This document shows positions 39,131 to 48,688 of a stretch of DNA of 64,000 bases, piece by piece (position 1 is the stretch's first letter; every line of letters begins with the position of its first letter). The stretch comes from an uncultured delta proteobacterium (GTDB lineage Bacteria > Desulfobacterota > Binatia > Binatales > Binataceae). The notes below the pieces were generated by a model. The model searched no databases and had not been told where the DNA came from. It saw nothing but the letters and a program-made list of their open reading frames with translations. The position numbers and the translations under genes are program-made. The DNA is taken from positions 2,016,001-2,080,000 of the forward strand of contig CAVXXK010000001.1 of the NCBI GenBank assembly GCA_963765675.1, written 5' to 3'.

Positions 39131-40080
39131 GCCGGTCTCAGCAGAATTTTGAATGTCGACGAGTTCTCCGCCGCAGCGAAAGCCGAGCGCCATTCGTCGA
39201 GCGGAAATTCCGCGTCGATCAACGGGCGCAGGTCGATCCTGCCGGCTTCCATCGCGGCGATCGCCGGCGCGAACCGGCCGCATCGCGAACCGATTACATT
39301 GATTTCGTTGATCACGATCGGAGCCAGGTTCAGCTCAGCTCCGGCGGCCGCCGTGCTCTTGAGAATGATCGTTCCGCGCGGCACGGTGATCGCGATCGCT
39401 CGAACGAACCCATCGGATTTGCCGGTGCAGTCAACGACCACGTCAAATTTGCCGGCGAATCCGGATTCCGGTTTCGTCTCCAGTCCCAGCCGAGCAAGCC
39501 GATCGAGCTTCCCACGATGCCGCCCGAGGACGACCGGCAGGTGACCCTCGGCGCGGAGCGCGAGCGCGACCGTCGCGCCAAGGCGTCCGTCGCCCAAGAC
39601 CGCGACGCTGCGGTCGCGTGACAGATGGAGCTGCTCGAAAATCTCGTACGCCGCCGCCAGCGGTTCGATGAAGATCGCCAGCTCGTCGGGAATCGAATCG
39701 GGAATCGCGAACAGGTTCGCCTCCGGCAGCGCGAGCATTTCGGCGAAGGCGCCGTTGCGGCCGAGGATTCCAAGGACGGTACGATTCGGGCAATGGCGCG
39801 CCATAGCGCCGCGGCACCATTGACAGCTCGCGCGGCCGCATCCAGCGTTGATCTCACCTGCAACTCGCCGCCCGACCAACGCCCGATTCGCGGATCTAAC
39901 GACCTCGCCCACGAACTCGTGGCCGGGGATTCCGCGAAACGCCATGTAACCGCGCGTGAGTTCCAGGTCGGTGCCGCAGATTCCCGCCAGCCGCACGCGC
40001 ACAAGGCTCTCGCCCGCGGCGGCCGGATTCGGATAGTCGGCGCGATAGTTGAGCTGGCCGTCAAATTCGAGCGCTCGCAT
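39127..40080 (-). CDS. Zinc-dependent (MDR) alcohol dehydrogenase family
   Basis: 'GICGTD','GHEFVG', structural Zn Cys cluster, 'GDGRLG'. Confidence 0.9.
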   Translation of the reverse strand: MRALEFDGQLNYRADYPNPAAAGESLVRVRLAGICGTDLELTRGYMAFRGIPGHEFVGEVVRSANRALVGRRVAGEINAGCGRASCQWCRGAMARHCPNRTVLGILGRNGAFAEMLALPEANLFAIPDSIPDELAIFIEPLAAAYEIFEQLHLSRDRSVAVLGDGRLGATVALALRAEGHLPVVLGRHRGKLDRLARLGLETKPESGFAGKFDVVVDCTGKSDGFVRAIAITVPRGTIILKSTAAAGAELNLAPIVINEINVIGSRCGRFAPAIAAMEAGRIDLRPLIDAEFPLDEWRSAFAAAENSSTFKILLRPA

Positions 40081-40134
40081 CGGATGAAACTCTCTCCAGA
40101 GCGTGGGTTCATCCGCGCTCGCGGCCATTGAAAC

Positions 40135-40166
40135 AAAAAAGCCGCAGGGCAGGCTACCCTACGGCT
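40135..40166 (-). terminator. Rho-independent terminator
   Basis: AGCCGTAGGG/CCCTGCGGCT stem followed by a U-run on the minus strand, downstream of the FmdB-family gene. Confidence 0.75.
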
Positions 40167-40187
40167 CGGACGATCCGATAGCGGTGG

Positions 40188-40547
40188 TCAATCGGCGGGT
40201 TTCGGCGCGGTCGCCTTTTCTGTCGATGGCTTCGATTCCTTCTTTGGCTTCGATTCGGACTTGGACTCCGTTTTCGACTCGGCCGTTTTCGATTCACCGT
40301 TGGACGCTGAGCCGTTCGCAGCGCCATCGCCAGAACTGCTGCCGCCGTCGGAAGCGGGCGGGGGCGGAGTCTTTTTGCCGTAATCGCTCGCGTACCATCC
40401 AGTGCCCTTGAGCACGAAGGAGTTCAGCGAGATTTGCCTCTCAACTTTGCTCTTGCAGTTTGGGCATTTTTTCAGCGCTGGCTCGGTGATTCGTTGCATC
40501 ACCTCAACCACGCCGCATTTGGGACACTTGTATTCGTAGATTGGCAT
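40188..40547 (-). CDS. FmdB-family zinc-ribbon protein
   Basis: 'MPIYEYKCPKCG','CPNC','LKGTGWY..DY', low-complexity tail. Confidence 0.9.
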   Translation of the reverse strand: MPIYEYKCPKCGVVEVMQRITEPALKKCPNCKSKVERQISLNSFVLKGTGWYASDYGKKTPPPPASDGGSSSGDGAANGSASNGESKTAESKTESKSESKPKKESKPSTEKATAPKPAD

Positions 40548-40670
40548 TCTGGCTTCCAGAGTGCTGACGGTTCGCGCCAGCTTCTGATGATCAACTAACC
40601 ACCACCATTCTCCGTGTCAACGCGCAGATGGCGATTTTCGATAAATCTTCGCCAAATCGACCGTGCGCCG

Positions 40671-40970
40671 CTAGGTGGTGCCATACATCAGGAGCATCGC
40701 GATTTTCGGAATCAGGTATTGTTGAAAAAATTCTATCACGATAATCACGACGATCGGCGAAAAATCGATTCCGCCGAAAAAGACCGGCATATGCTCGCGG
40801 ATCCAGTCGAAGACCGGTTCGGTGACCGAATACAGAAACCTAACGATCGGGTTGTACGGATTGGGTTCGATCCAGGTTAGCAGCGCGGCGATGATCACGA
40901 TCCAGAAATAGATCGTGAGGATGCTCGACAGCGTATTGGCAATAAAGAGTACCAGACTGGGCGAAGTCAC
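40671..40970 (-). CDS. yggT: YggT family membrane protein
   Basis: 'PNPYNPIVRFL...TEP','GIDFSPI'. Confidence 0.92.
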   Translation of the reverse strand: MTSPSLVLFIANTLSSILTIYFWIVIIAALLTWIEPNPYNPIVRFLYSVTEPVFDWIREHMPVFFGGIDFSPIVVIIVIEFFQQYLIPKIAMLLMYGTT

Positions 40971-41009
40971 GGGTATTTGTTCCGACGTTTAGTGGGTTCG
41001 CTTGACCAG

Positions 41010-41831
41010 TTATCGCGCGCGGCCGAGTTCGCGCGAGCGATCGGCAGCGGCATGAATCGCGCGGGCAACAATATCAGAAAATCCCGCCTCGGCGAATCGG
41101 CGCAAGGCGGCGACCGTCGTCCCACCCGGCGATGCGACTACTTTTATCAGCTCGGCGGTGTCGAGCTTTGATGAACGCATCACCGCTTCCGCGCCGCGAA
41201 TCGTCTTGAGCGTGACTGTGATGGCGAGAGGGCGGGCAAGCCCGGCGCTGACTGCGGCGTCGATCATCGCCTTGGCGAACAGGTAGACGTAGGCGGGGCC
41301 GCTGCCGGAGACGGCGGTGATGGCGTCAAGCAGCTCCTCGTCCTTGAGCGCGACCGCCTCTCCGACCGAGTTGAAGATTCTCAGCGCGACGGCTTCGTCG
41401 GATTTGCTCGCGCCGCGGCTGCGCACTATCGCCGCCATCCCTTCGCCGACCATCGCGGGCGCGTTCGGCATCACGCGAATCACGCGCGCGCGGGGACCCA
41501 GGTATCCGCAAATCCGCGCGATCGGCACTCCAGCGGCGATCGAGATGAACAGGTGATGCTTCGGGTTGGGGCCGAGCGCCTTCGCAATCGATTCGAGCAC
41601 GTCGTCGATCGTTTGCGGCTTGACCGCGAATAAAATGGTACGCGAGTTCTTGATCACCTCCAGGTTATCCGCAGTGACGCTGATCTTGAGTTTTCGCTTC
41701 AAGTAGGTGCGGCGAGCCGCAACTACGTCAGATACGATCAGATCGGCTGGCTTGAAAACCTTGTGCACGATAAGGCCATGGGCCAGCGCCTCGGCCATGT
41801 TGCCGCCGCCGATAAATCCGAGTTTCTTCAT
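41010..41831 (-). CDS. proC: Pyrroline-5-carboxylate reductase
   Basis: 'GFIGGGNMAEA','AVKPQ','RVMPN','SGSGPAY','VASPGGTT'. Confidence 0.96.
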   Translation of the reverse strand: MKKLGFIGGGNMAEALAHGLIVHKVFKPADLIVSDVVAARRTYLKRKLKISVTADNLEVIKNSRTILFAVKPQTIDDVLESIAKALGPNPKHHLFISIAAGVPIARICGYLGPRARVIRVMPNAPAMVGEGMAAIVRSRGASKSDEAVALRIFNSVGEAVALKDEELLDAITAVSGSGPAYVYLFAKAMIDAAVSAGLARPLAITVTLKTIRGAEAVMRSSKLDTAELIKVVASPGGTTVAALRRFAEAGFSDIVARAIHAAADRSRELGRAR

Positions 41832-42517
41832 CGCATCCGTTCGCCGAAAATTGCGCGGCCAATCCGCACCATCGTGGCGCCCTCCTCGATCGCGATCTCG
41901 AAGTCGTCCGTCATCCCCATCGAAAGCTCGCTTAGCGCAAGGCCGCTATGCGCCGCAAGGCGATCGCGCATCGTGCGCAACTGCGCGAAATACCCGCGCG
42001 CGGTGGCAGGCTCCGCGCCGGGCGGCGGAACAGTCATCAGTCCGATGATGTCCACTCGATCGCGCGCCGCTTCGACGATCCCCTCAACGCTGTCCGGCGC
42101 GACGCCGGTCTTGGTCGCTTCGCCTCCAAGGTTTACTTCGATCAGCGCGTGCACTGGCGGCGCCGGATGAGCTTTCGCAAGTGCCGAAACGAGGCGGACG
42201 GAATCGACACTTTGAATCAGATCGAAAATCGAGACGGCGAGCTTCGCCTTGTTGGTCTGCAGATGTCCGATGAGATGCCATCGTGCACCGGCGAGCGTAC
42301 CAACCGCCGCGAGCTTGGTAGCGGCCTCCTGCACGTAGTTCTCGCCGAAGTCGCGCGCGCCCGCGTCGTAGGCCGCGCGAATCGCCTCGGGTGGCTGAGT
42401 CTTGCTCGCGAGCACGAGAGTGACCGCATCAGCCGCGCGGCCCGAACGTCGCGCCGCATCGGCGATTCGCCTGCGCGCGGCAGCCAGCCGTTCCCCGATC
42501 TCATTCGGAGTCAGCAT
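41828..42517 (-). CDS. yggS: PLP homeostasis protein YggS
   Basis: 'ASKT','FGENYVQE','WHLIGHLQTNK','LSMGMT.D','VRIGRAIFG'. Confidence 0.96.
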   Translation of the reverse strand: MLTPNEIGERLAAARRRIADAARRSGRAADAVTLVLASKTQPPEAIRAAYDAGARDFGENYVQEAATKLAAVGTLAGARWHLIGHLQTNKAKLAVSIFDLIQSVDSVRLVSALAKAHPAPPVHALIEVNLGGEATKTGVAPDSVEGIVEAARDRVDIIGLMTVPPPGAEPATARGYFAQLRTMRDRLAAHSGLALSELSMGMTDDFEIAIEEGATMVRIGRAIFGERMR

Positions 42518-43101
42518 CGCTTGAACCCAACGCGGCGCAAAGCCGACAGCACCTTGTCGACCGGCAGGCCCATCACGTTGTCGCGTGGGCCATCGACTGC
42601 TGCGATGAATCCTCCGCCGATTCCCTGGATTCCGTATCCGCCCGCCTTGTCGAACGGCTCGCCGCCCGCGATGTATTCATCGATCTCGACGGCGCCGAGC
42701 GTGCGGAAGGTCACGCGGCTTTCGACCGCCTCGGCCGCGAGTATCCGCGTGTCGCGCGCGATCGCGAACGCGGTCACGACAGTATGAGTGCGCCCCGACA
42801 GCATCGCGAGCATCCGGTGCGCGTCGTTTGCGTCCACCGGCTTTTCGAGCACACTCCCGTTGCATTCGACGACGGTATCCGCCCCCAGCACGATAGCCGC
42901 CGGGAACCTCGAGGCGACCGCGAGCGCCTTCTCGCGCGCCATTCGAGGAGCGTAGTCGCGAGCAGTTTCGCTATCGCGGCGGCGCTCGGGAATCGCGCTC
43001 TCGATCGCCTCGAACTCGATCTCCGCGGCGGACAGAAGTTGGCTGCGTCGGGGCGAGCCCGAGGCGAGTATCAGCTTCGGCGATTGTGATGACGAAGTCA
43101 T
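42511..43101 (-). CDS. maf: Maf family nucleotide pyrophosphatase
   Basis: 'LILASGSPRR','GADTVV','LEKP','LSGRTH','DKAGGYGIQG','NVMGLP'. Confidence 0.95.
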   Translation of the reverse strand: MTSSSQSPKLILASGSPRRSQLLSAAEIEFEAIESAIPERRRDSETARDYAPRMAREKALAVASRFPAAIVLGADTVVECNGSVLEKPVDANDAHRMLAMLSGRTHTVVTAFAIARDTRILAAEAVESRVTFRTLGAVEIDEYIAGGEPFDKAGGYGIQGIGGGFIAAVDGPRDNVMGLPVDKVLSALRRVGFKRC

Positions 43102-43206
43102 TTGCGGCTGCGAGCCAAGAATACCGGTAGCAGCGCGTCGCGGGCCAGTGGCGCGAATCGCGATGGTCGATTGAAGCGGCGCTCGGCGTGCGCTAACCAC
43201 GATCAG

Positions 43207-45387
43207 ATGGAAAGTATTTTGCGACGCCGTGTGCGATTGACGATTCTCGGAGCGATCGTGCTTTACGGATGCGCCAGCGCGGTGGCGCATTCGCGTTCCG
43301 CGAGCGCCGAGCCCTCGACGATGGCTCCTGGAGCCGCTATGCAAGCGACGCCTCCGGCTTTGCCGCCGGACACCGCGCCGGCGAACGCGCGACAAGCATT
43401 CGTCGACGGCTACCGCGCCTACCAGTCGCACGACGCGGCCGGCGCGATCGGTAAGCTGACTTTCGCGGCGAATAATTTTCCGGACCTCGCCGATTACGCT
43501 CTTTTCTACCTGGGTTCAGCCCAGCGCGATCAGGGCGATCTCGCCGGCGCTGCGACGACCTTTGAGCGGCTGCGAAATGCCTATCCGGAAAGTGTGATGA
43601 CTCCGCCCGGAGACCTCGAACTCGCGCGTGCGCTTCTGAAGCTCGGGCGCGCGTCTGAATCGGCATCGGTCGCGGCGCATCTGGCGACTCAGTCATCGGG
43701 CACCGCGCTTGAGCAGAACGCTCGCGTGACCGAAGCGATGGCGATGGCCGCGATGGGGCGCCAGAGCGACGCGTACGCGCAGGCGATGGAGTTGCGAAAC
43801 CTTTATCCGCACAGCGGCGCCGATACCGACGCGCGCACGCTCGCGTACATGATGCTCGCGGCGAACCCCGCGCTCGCGCCGACCGGGTCGCTCGACTACC
43901 AGAGAAGCGAGGCCGAGCTGCTGCTCCGCGAGGGGCAACCCGCTCTGGCGATGGCGCAAATCGAGCGCGCCCTTGCCGCCAATCCGCCCACTCCGATTCG
44001 TGCGGAGCTGTTGTGGCTCGAAGCGCAAGCCTCGCACGGTGATCCGGCCCGCGAGAAGAGCGCGCTGCTCAAATATCTCGCTCTGGCGCCGGCCGGACCT
44101 TCGGCGGCGTCGGTGCTGAACGCCCTCGCGCTGCTCTACTGGCGCGAGGATGATTCCGATCGCGCCCGCGATGCGTTCCAGCGAATCGTCGCGGACTTCC
44201 CGGGTAGCGCGCTTGCGCCGGGCGCGATGCTGCGGCTCGGGCGAATCGCCGAGGAGCTTCACGACTACGACACGGCGCGCGCCGAGTACGCGCGGCTGTA
44301 CGAGAAATATCCGTCGAGCGATTCCGCTGAGGAGGCGCGTTTTCGCGCGCCGTGGACCTACTACATGACCCGCCGCTATGCATCTGCCGCGCGGATGTTC
44401 GCCGCGATGCGTCCGCACGCGCACAGCGTCGCGGACCGCGACATGTTCGATTACTGGCACGCGCGGGCGCTCGAGAAGAGCGGCGACCCCTCCGCTGCGC
44501 GCGCGATCTACCAGCGGCTGGCAGGCAGCACCGACAGCAATTACTATCCCGCGCTCGCGAGCCGCCGCGTCGCGGGATTCACAGCCGAGTTGCCCGCGGC
44601 CTCGGCGCCTGATCCGTCGTTCGAGGGAGTGCCGTCGAGCAACTCGGCCCTGGTCCGCTTTCATCTGAGCCGTATCTATGCGCTGCGTTCCGTTGGGTTG
44701 AAGGAACTCGAGGCGGGAGAGTTCCGAGCGCTTGAAGGCGAGTCGGCGGGAGATCCGAATCTCCGCGCGTTCGTGCTCGCCGGATTGATCTCCGCCGACG
44801 CGTGGTATGACGCGATCGGTGCCGCCGTCCGGATGGAGAAGCGCGGCGACCTTGGCGCCGCCGAGGCCGAACGAATTCGCTATCCGCGCGCGTACTGGAA
44901 CCTGTTCCGCTCGGCCGCGCATCAACGTTCGCTCGATCCGTGGCTGGTGTTGGCTCTGGCGCGTCAGGAAAGCCTGTTCAATCCGCACGCGAAGTCGGGT
45001 TCCGACGCGCAAGGCCTGATGCAACTGCTGCCCTCGACCGCGCGGCGCGTGGCTCAGCAGAGCGGGATGCAAACCGGCGGCGGACTCAACCTCTACGATC
45101 CCGAGCTCAACATCTCGCTTGGGACTTCGTACCTCGAAAATCTCTTCGCGATGTTCGGGGGCGACGAGTTCAAGGCCGTGGCCGCTTACAATGGCGGCGA
45201 GCACGCGGTGCAGAACTGGACCAGCAAATTTCCCGGCCCCGACGACGAATGGGTCGAAAATATCGGCTACCGCGAGACGCGCGAGTACGTGAAAAGAGTT
45301 ATCGGCGGCCGACGCGAATATCTGCTGCTGTATCAGCGCCAGGCTCCGACCGCGTCCACCCGCGCCAGCGAGCGCTCAGCGGGATAG
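43207..45387 (+). CDS. Soluble lytic murein transglycosylase (Slt70-like) with TPR repeats
   Basis: 'RQESLFNP','GLMQLLP.TA','AAYNGG','ETREYVKRV'; TPR helices; signal peptide. Confidence 0.92.
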   Translation: MESILRRRVRLTILGAIVLYGCASAVAHSRSASAEPSTMAPGAAMQATPPALPPDTAPANARQAFVDGYRAYQSHDAAGAIGKLTFAANNFPDLADYALFYLGSAQRDQGDLAGAATTFERLRNAYPESVMTPPGDLELARALLKLGRASESASVAAHLATQSSGTALEQNARVTEAMAMAAMGRQSDAYAQAMELRNLYPHSGADTDARTLAYMMLAANPALAPTGSLDYQRSEAELLLREGQPALAMAQIERALAANPPTPIRAELLWLEAQASHGDPAREKSALLKYLALAPAGPSAASVLNALALLYWREDDSDRARDAFQRIVADFPGSALAPGAMLRLGRIAEELHDYDTARAEYARLYEKYPSSDSAEEARFRAPWTYYMTRRYASAARMFAAMRPHAHSVADRDMFDYWHARALEKSGDPSAARAIYQRLAGSTDSNYYPALASRRVAGFTAELPAASAPDPSFEGVPSSNSALVRFHLSRIYALRSVGLKELEAGEFRALEGESAGDPNLRAFVLAGLISADAWYDAIGAAVRMEKRGDLGAAEAERIRYPRAYWNLFRSAAHQRSLDPWLVLALARQESLFNPHAKSGSDAQGLMQLLPSTARRVAQQSGMQTGGGLNLYDPELNISLGTSYLENLFAMFGGDEFKAVAAYNGGEHAVQNWTSKFPGPDDEWVENIGYRETREYVKRVIGGRREYLLLYQRQAPTASTRASERSAG

Positions 45388-45499
45388 CCACGCTTGACAA
45401 GCGCCGAAGCAAAGGGCTTCTAAAGGCAGAAGTATCGCGAGGCCGCGGCGATCAATTGGGTTCGTTTGGGGTTCGTTTGGCCGCGCGAAGGTAATCCGG

Positions 45500-46192
45500 T
45501 TGTCAGTACGGAAATTCAAGGCGATATTTTTCGATTTGGACGGTACGCTGGTCGATATCCATGGCCCGCTGTATATCGCCGCGCGCAACACTCTGCGCGA
45601 TTTCGGGCATCAGCCGGAGCTTACCCGCGAGCGTTATCACGAGGCGCTGCGCAACTCCGATCTCTGGCTCGGCGTTCCCGAAAATAAACGGCCCGAGTAC
45701 ATGAAGCTCGCGTTCGCCTACTTTATGACCGAGATCGATCAGACCGAAAGGCTCGAGCTCCTACCGCACGTGGTGGAGACTCTCGCCGAGCTGAAGCGCC
45801 GCGGCTACGCGACCGCCGTGATCACCAGCCGCCCGGGCGATCCGAAGCAGCTCGTCGCCAAGCTTGCGATGGTCGGGATCGCGGCGCATCTCGACCAGGT
45901 GGTGACGCAGCCGGTCTCCTCGATGAAAGAGCTGCTCGACAAGACCGAGCTCCTTCGCCAGACCGCCGCGCGCGCCGCGATCATTCCGCGAGCCTGCATG
46001 TACGTCGGCGACGAGCCGCGCGACATCATGGCGTCCGCACAGGCGGGATTCGGCGCGTCCGTCGCCGTCGCGACCGGCACCGCGTCGGCCGATTATCTGC
46101 AGACGCATCCGAGCTTTAAGCCCGACCATGTGATCGACTCGATGGGTGAGCTCCTCGGGCTTATCGATCGTATCGCGCAGGAGCATCCCTGA
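45500..46192 (+). CDS. HAD-superfamily phosphatase (Gph-like)
   Basis: 'FFDLDGTLVD','VITS','YVGDE..DI'. Confidence 0.88.
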   Translation: MSVRKFKAIFFDLDGTLVDIHGPLYIAARNTLRDFGHQPELTRERYHEALRNSDLWLGVPENKRPEYMKLAFAYFMTEIDQTERLELLPHVVETLAELKRRGYATAVITSRPGDPKQLVAKLAMVGIAAHLDQVVTQPVSSMKELLDKTELLRQTAARAAIIPRACMYVGDEPRDIMASAQAGFGASVAVATGTASADYLQTHPSFKPDHVIDSMGELLGLIDRIAQEHP

Positions 46193-47460
46193 TGGCGCGG
46201 TCCGCGGAGCATACCGAACCGCCCGAGGCGCTCGACGGACTGTGCGTCGTCGAGTTGCCGTGCTTGGACACGATGCCGTTTCTCGCGGCGGCGATGGCGG
46301 CAAAATCGTTTGCCGACTTTGGCGCCGAAGTTCTAAAGGTCGAGCCGCCGCGCTCCGGCGCGCGCGAGCGCCGGCTCGGTCCGTTTCGCGACGAGAAGCC
46401 GGATCCCGAAACGGGCGGGCTGCATCTGTTTCTCAACACCAACAAATTCGGCGTGACGCTCGATCTGGAAGACACGCGCGCGCGTGAGGTTCTGATGCGG
46501 ATGCTCGAACGCGCCGATATCGTTTTCAATCCGAACGCGCCCGCGATTTGCGAGCGGCTGGGCCTGGATTGGCGCACGCTCACCGATCGATTTCCAAAAC
46601 TGATCGTCGTGTCAGTCACTTACTTCGGCAGCGATTCTCCCTATCGCGATTTTCGCGGCGGCGACCTGGTCGCCACCCACATGAGCGGCGTTGGCTTCGA
46701 GACGCCGTGGCATCAGGTGACCGATCCACCGAACGAGCCTCCGCTGAAGCTCGCGGGGCGGCAGGCGGATTATCTGACCGGATATACCGCGGCGGCAGCC
46801 GCGATGGCGGCGATATTCGATCGCAAGCAAACCGGACGCGGCCAGCATATCGACGCGAGCCAGTGGCTTGCGATGGTCTCGATGCTGCGGCCCAACATCG
46901 GCGTCTATTCGCACGAGTCGCCCGAAGCGCCGATCTACGAGCGCACCCGCAAACGGATCAAGCGCGGTGCGCAGTGGGTTTATCCATCGACTGACGGATG
47001 GGTCAGCTTCAATGCCGGTACTGACCGGTTCTGGCGCGGATGGAAAAAGGTGATGGGCGATCCCGAATGGATGGAGACCGAGATGTTCGGATCTCCGGTC
47101 GCGCGCGCCGCGCATATCGACGCGATCGAGGCCGCGGTGATCGACTGGCTCTCGAACGAGACCCGCACCACCGCGTTCGAGAAGGCGCAGGCCGAGCACG
47201 TCCCATGTTTCCCGGTGCATACCGCCGCCGAGGTCGCCGACAATGCGCAATACAAGGCGCGCGGCTTCTTCGTCAATTATGATCATCCCGGCGCGAAGGA
47301 AGTGCGGATGCCGGGAGCGCCGTGCCGCTTGAGCGCGACGCCGTGGCGAATCAAGCGCGGCGCGCCGCGCCTGGGCGAGCACAATCGCAAAATTTTTGTC
47401 GAACGGCTGGGGCTTTCATCGAGTGAACTCGAAAGCCTGCGGGCCGCGAAGGTGATCTGA
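46192..47460 (+). CDS. Family III CoA-transferase, first of a tandem pair (BbsE-like arrangement)
   Basis: 'ADFGAEVLKVEPP','LNTNK.GVTLDL','APRLGEHN'. Confidence 0.88.
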   Translation: MARSAEHTEPPEALDGLCVVELPCLDTMPFLAAAMAAKSFADFGAEVLKVEPPRSGARERRLGPFRDEKPDPETGGLHLFLNTNKFGVTLDLEDTRAREVLMRMLERADIVFNPNAPAICERLGLDWRTLTDRFPKLIVVSVTYFGSDSPYRDFRGGDLVATHMSGVGFETPWHQVTDPPNEPPLKLAGRQADYLTGYTAAAAAMAAIFDRKQTGRGQHIDASQWLAMVSMLRPNIGVYSHESPEAPIYERTRKRIKRGAQWVYPSTDGWVSFNAGTDRFWRGWKKVMGDPEWMETEMFGSPVARAAHIDAIEAAVIDWLSNETRTTAFEKAQAEHVPCFPVHTAAEVADNAQYKARGFFVNYDHPGAKEVRMPGAPCRLSATPWRIKRGAPRLGEHNRKIFVERLGLSSSELESLRAAKVI

Positions 47461-48668
47461 TGGCGCGGCTGCCGCTCGAGGGAATCAGGATTCTCGATTT
47501 CGGCTGGATCTTCGCCGTCCCGCACGCGACCGCATGGCTGGGCGCGCTCGGCGCCGACGTGATCCGGGTCGAATCGACCTCGGCGCCGGATCTGGTGCGA
47601 TTCCTTACGGGCACCGACGGGATACCGGGCTTCAATCGCAGCGGTATCTACGACGCGATAAATTTTTCGCGGCGCGGAATCACGCTCCATCTGGCGCATC
47701 CGAAGGCCCAGGAGATCGCGCGCCGCCTGGTCAAGCTCAGCGACGTCGTGACGGAAAATTTCACTGTCGGTAACATGCACAAGTACGGTCTCGGCTACGA
47801 AGACCTGCGCAAGATTCGTCCCGATATCATCATGCTGTCCGGAACTCCGCTCGGACAGAGCGGCCCCTATGCGCGCACTGTAGGATTCGGGCCGACCACG
47901 CAGGCATACGCGGGCCTGTGCCATTTGACCGGATACCCGAACAGCTTTCCGTGCGGGATCGGCGGGACCTGGCCGGATTTCGCGGTCGGCACCGGGATGG
48001 CCTTCTTCCTGCTCGCGGCGCTGTACCATCGCGAGCGCACCGGCGAGGGGCAATACCTCGATTTGTCGATGGCCGAGATGGTCACCACCATGATCCCCGA
48101 GGCGATGCTCGAGCATTTTATGAACGGGCGCGACCCGGGGCCGGTCGGAAATCGCGACGACGCGATGGCGCCGCATGGAGTCTATCCGGTGGCGGGCGAC
48201 GACCAGTGGGTTGCGATCGCGATTTCCACCGACGCGGAATTTGCCGCGCTGTGCGAGATCCTGGGCGTCGCGTCGATGGCGTCGGACCAGAAGTTCGCGC
48301 GGATGGCGGACCGGCTGCGCAACGTTGACGCGCTCGACGCCGAGGTCGCCGCACGCACGCGGAATTTCATCCGTGAAGACCTGGTCGCGCGGATGCGCGA
48401 GCGCGATCTCGCTGCCGGACCGGTGTACAATACCCAGGACCTGATGCACGACAACGCGTTTCTTTCCTCGGGGATGCTCGCGACGCTCAAGCACGGTGAA
48501 GTCGGCGAGCGGATGGTGCCGACGCTGCCGGTGCGTTTCGGCGCGATCGAGCCGCGCTTCTTTGGTGCGCCGATGATCGGCGAGCATACCGGCGAAGTGC
48601 TCTCCGAGCTGCTTGGGATGAGTGCGGACGAGATCGCCAGGCTCAGGGAAGACAAAGTTCTGTTGTAG
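47460..48668 (+). CDS. Family III CoA-transferase, second of the pair (BbsF-like arrangement)
   Basis: 'PLEGIRILDF.W..A.P','ENFT.G','TGEGQYLDLSM','APMIGEHT'; TGATG overlap. Confidence 0.88.
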   Translation: MARLPLEGIRILDFGWIFAVPHATAWLGALGADVIRVESTSAPDLVRFLTGTDGIPGFNRSGIYDAINFSRRGITLHLAHPKAQEIARRLVKLSDVVTENFTVGNMHKYGLGYEDLRKIRPDIIMLSGTPLGQSGPYARTVGFGPTTQAYAGLCHLTGYPNSFPCGIGGTWPDFAVGTGMAFFLLAALYHRERTGEGQYLDLSMAEMVTTMIPEAMLEHFMNGRDPGPVGNRDDAMAPHGVYPVAGDDQWVAIAISTDAEFAALCEILGVASMASDQKFARMADRLRNVDALDAEVAARTRNFIREDLVARMRERDLAAGPVYNTQDLMHDNAFLSSGMLATLKHGEVGERMVPTLPVRFGAIEPRFFGAPMIGEHTGEVLSELLGMSADEIARLREDKVLL

Positions 48669-48688
48669 GATCGCGGAGCAGCTTAGAG

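Noticed and set aside
40188-40370. ESK-type repeats in the FmdB-family tail
   Set aside because: Low-complexity tails are typical of this family
40671-43101. maf-yggS-proC-yggT cluster
   Set aside because: Widely conserved housekeeping arrangement
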